DNA from: Phormidesmis sp.
Lineage (GTDB): Bacteria; Cyanobacteriota; Cyanobacteriia; Leptolyngbyales; Leptolyngbyaceae
Assembly (NCBI GenBank): GCA_965248535.1
Contig: CBDFJR010000005.1
Span: forward strand, 160,001-224,000
DNA length: 64,000 nt
Reading direction: 5' to 3'
Shown here piece after piece: positions 62,601 to 64,000 of the stretch. The notes under the pieces were generated by a model. The model was not told where the DNA came from, made no database searches, and saw only the letters and a list, made by a program, of their open reading frames with translations. Position numbers and translations under genes: made by a program. Each line of letters begins with the position of its first letter. Positions within the stretch are counted from its first letter, which is position 1.

Positions 62601-63374
62601 TTAAGCTCTCTGCCGTTTCACCTCATACAAAATCAACGCGGCAGAAATGGCCACATTCAGCGACTCTACGCCCCGACTTAAGGGAATCGATACTTGGCGA
62701 TCGGCGAGATCGGTTAACTCTGGAGACAGCCCTGCTCCTTCGTTGCCCAGCAAAATCAACGTCGGCAATCGAAAATCGACCTCCCAATAGGTCTGAGGTG
62801 CCGTGGGAATGGTTGAGATCACCTGCATCCCTGCTGCTTTGCATTTAAGCACGTCTGCTGTCAGATTAGCGCTCACTGCCATCGGCAATCGAAACCACTG
62901 ACCTGCCGACGATCGCAGCACTTTAGGGTTGTCTAAATCAACACTGTCATCGCTGATCAGCAAGCCTTCTGCGCCTGCCGCCGCCGCCGTGCGGATCATT
63001 GTTCCCAAATTGCCGGGGTCTTGAATCGTTTCTAGCATCAAACCCAACTGAGTGAACTGTAAAGGCTGCGCCTGAACTCGCTCTGCTGTCGCGATCACGC
63101 CATCAGGCTCGACAGTGGTGGCGATCGCTTTCAGCACGTCCGCACTGACTAACTCAACTCGCTGGGCCGTGTCGATCAGGTGTTGCCATAGGTCTGGGTG
63201 CTGCGATCGCCACGCCTCAGTGTGGCAGGCCGTCTCTAACGCAAACTGAGCCGCACACGCTTCTTCTATCAGATGCGTCCCTTCTAATAGAAAAAGCTGC
63301 TGTTCTCGCCGCTCTTTGGCGCGGTGCAGCTTCCGCAATTGCTTGATCAAAGGATTTTGCAGGCTCGTCAACAT
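62601..63374 (-). CDS. TrmH/SpoU-family RNA methyltransferase
   Basis: LTSLQNP, IQDPGNLGTMIRTA, GNEGAGL, VESLNVA. Confidence 0.93.
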   Translation of the reverse strand: MLTSLQNPLIKQLRKLHRAKERREQQLFLLEGTHLIEEACAAQFALETACHTEAWRSQHPDLWQHLIDTAQRVELVSADVLKAIATTVEPDGVIATAERVQAQPLQFTQLGLMLETIQDPGNLGTMIRTAAAAGAEGLLISDDSVDLDNPKVLRSSAGQWFRLPMAVSANLTADVLKCKAAGMQVISTIPTAPQTYWEVDFRLPTLILLGNEGAGLSPELTDLADRQVSIPLSRGVESLNVAISAALILYEVKRQRA

Positions 63375-63605
63375 TGGGGTTTAGGAAACCGAGAATAGCG
63401 TAAGGGGACATTCCTCAGTCAGTGAGTTAGAAGGATCTCTGAAGAACTTCTGCGAAAAGGTTAAAACAATGCGCCTGAAGTGATTAAAGTTTCGTTACAA
63501 ATCACTAATCACCCATAAGCAAACTTGCAGCTATCAAGGAGCTTATCGAGCTTTACCAGAGACCCGTGCGTTCACGAACTCCTCAAAAGAGATAGCCCCT
63601 ACCAA

Positions 63606-63689
63606 TGCGGAACCCGGGACTTGAACCCGGAAGTCCTTGCGAACACTAGAACCTGAATCTAGCGCGTCTACCAATTCCGCCAGTCCCGC
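63606..63689 (-). tRNA. trnL: tRNA-Leu (anticodon CAG)
   Basis: GCGGGACTGGCGGAATTGGTAGACGCG-CTAGA TTCAGGT TCTAG-long variable arm-GGTTCAAGTCC-CGGGTTCCGCA; CCA not encoded. Confidence 0.96.
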
Positions 63690-64000
63690 ATGAGACATTT
63701 GTGCGTCACAATCTACAATCTTTCAGCATATGGGCCCCGCTGTCAACAACTTTTTAGTCGCGGGTCAGCGATCGAGATCACAGCTACACGGTTGACTTTT
63801 GTTGGCTGTCACTTCAAAGTCTGGACATCCGCGATCTTTCCGGTAGAATCAAAACCAAATTTAGCGTCAACCTGGAGGACAAACCCATTACTTCCGCTCT
63901 CAGCCTACCCAACTCTCAATCTTCACCCGAAGAAACTAGCTCAGTGCTTCAAATCTGGGGCAAAACGCCTTTGAGTGGTCACGTCAATATCAGCGGCGCA

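Noticed and set aside
1..64000. Abundant GCGATCGC repeats; CRISPR array
   Set aside because: HIP1 is a normal cyanobacterial feature; no regularly spaced repeat-spacer array or cas gene was seen
63400..64000. tRNA-Leu as an integration site, and the 63690-63974 ORF
   Set aside because: No integrase or duplicated tRNA 3' end in the window; the ORF overlaps the tRNA promoter region and has no motifs

Overview
Chromosomal segment of a cyanobacterium, judged from the very frequent HIP1 octamer GCGATCGC, the ndhAIGE operon and hepA/hepC-like genes. Most of it is housekeeping: purC-bamA-lpxC-fabZ-lpxA-lpxB, codA, gltA, ndhAIGE, a sigma-70 factor, ppk1, sodB, hisG, lpdA, trpC, rplI-dnaB, tRNA-Leu(CAG) and a ~13 kb polysaccharide cluster. 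The standout accessory element is an AT-rich, HIP1-poor, translationally coupled three-gene operon (4471-8241, minus strand). It encodes a MORC/MutL-type GHKL ATPase fused to a histidine kinase, a receiver protein with an unrecognised C-terminal domain, and a ComEC-like metallo-beta-lactamase-fold hydrolase. I infer a candidate phosphorelay-controlled anti-phage/anti-DNA system with no methyltransferase in the island. Other notable items are an intact IS5-family element inserted into an apparent IS200/IS605-derived non-coding relic, a 23-nt double-hairpin insertion (SDR5-like) frameshifting a small gene, a decaying 305-aa intein in the DnaB P-loop, and single-base frameshifts in trpC and an ABC transporter that may be assembly errors. 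All calls come from motif recognition by eye; no database searches were run.
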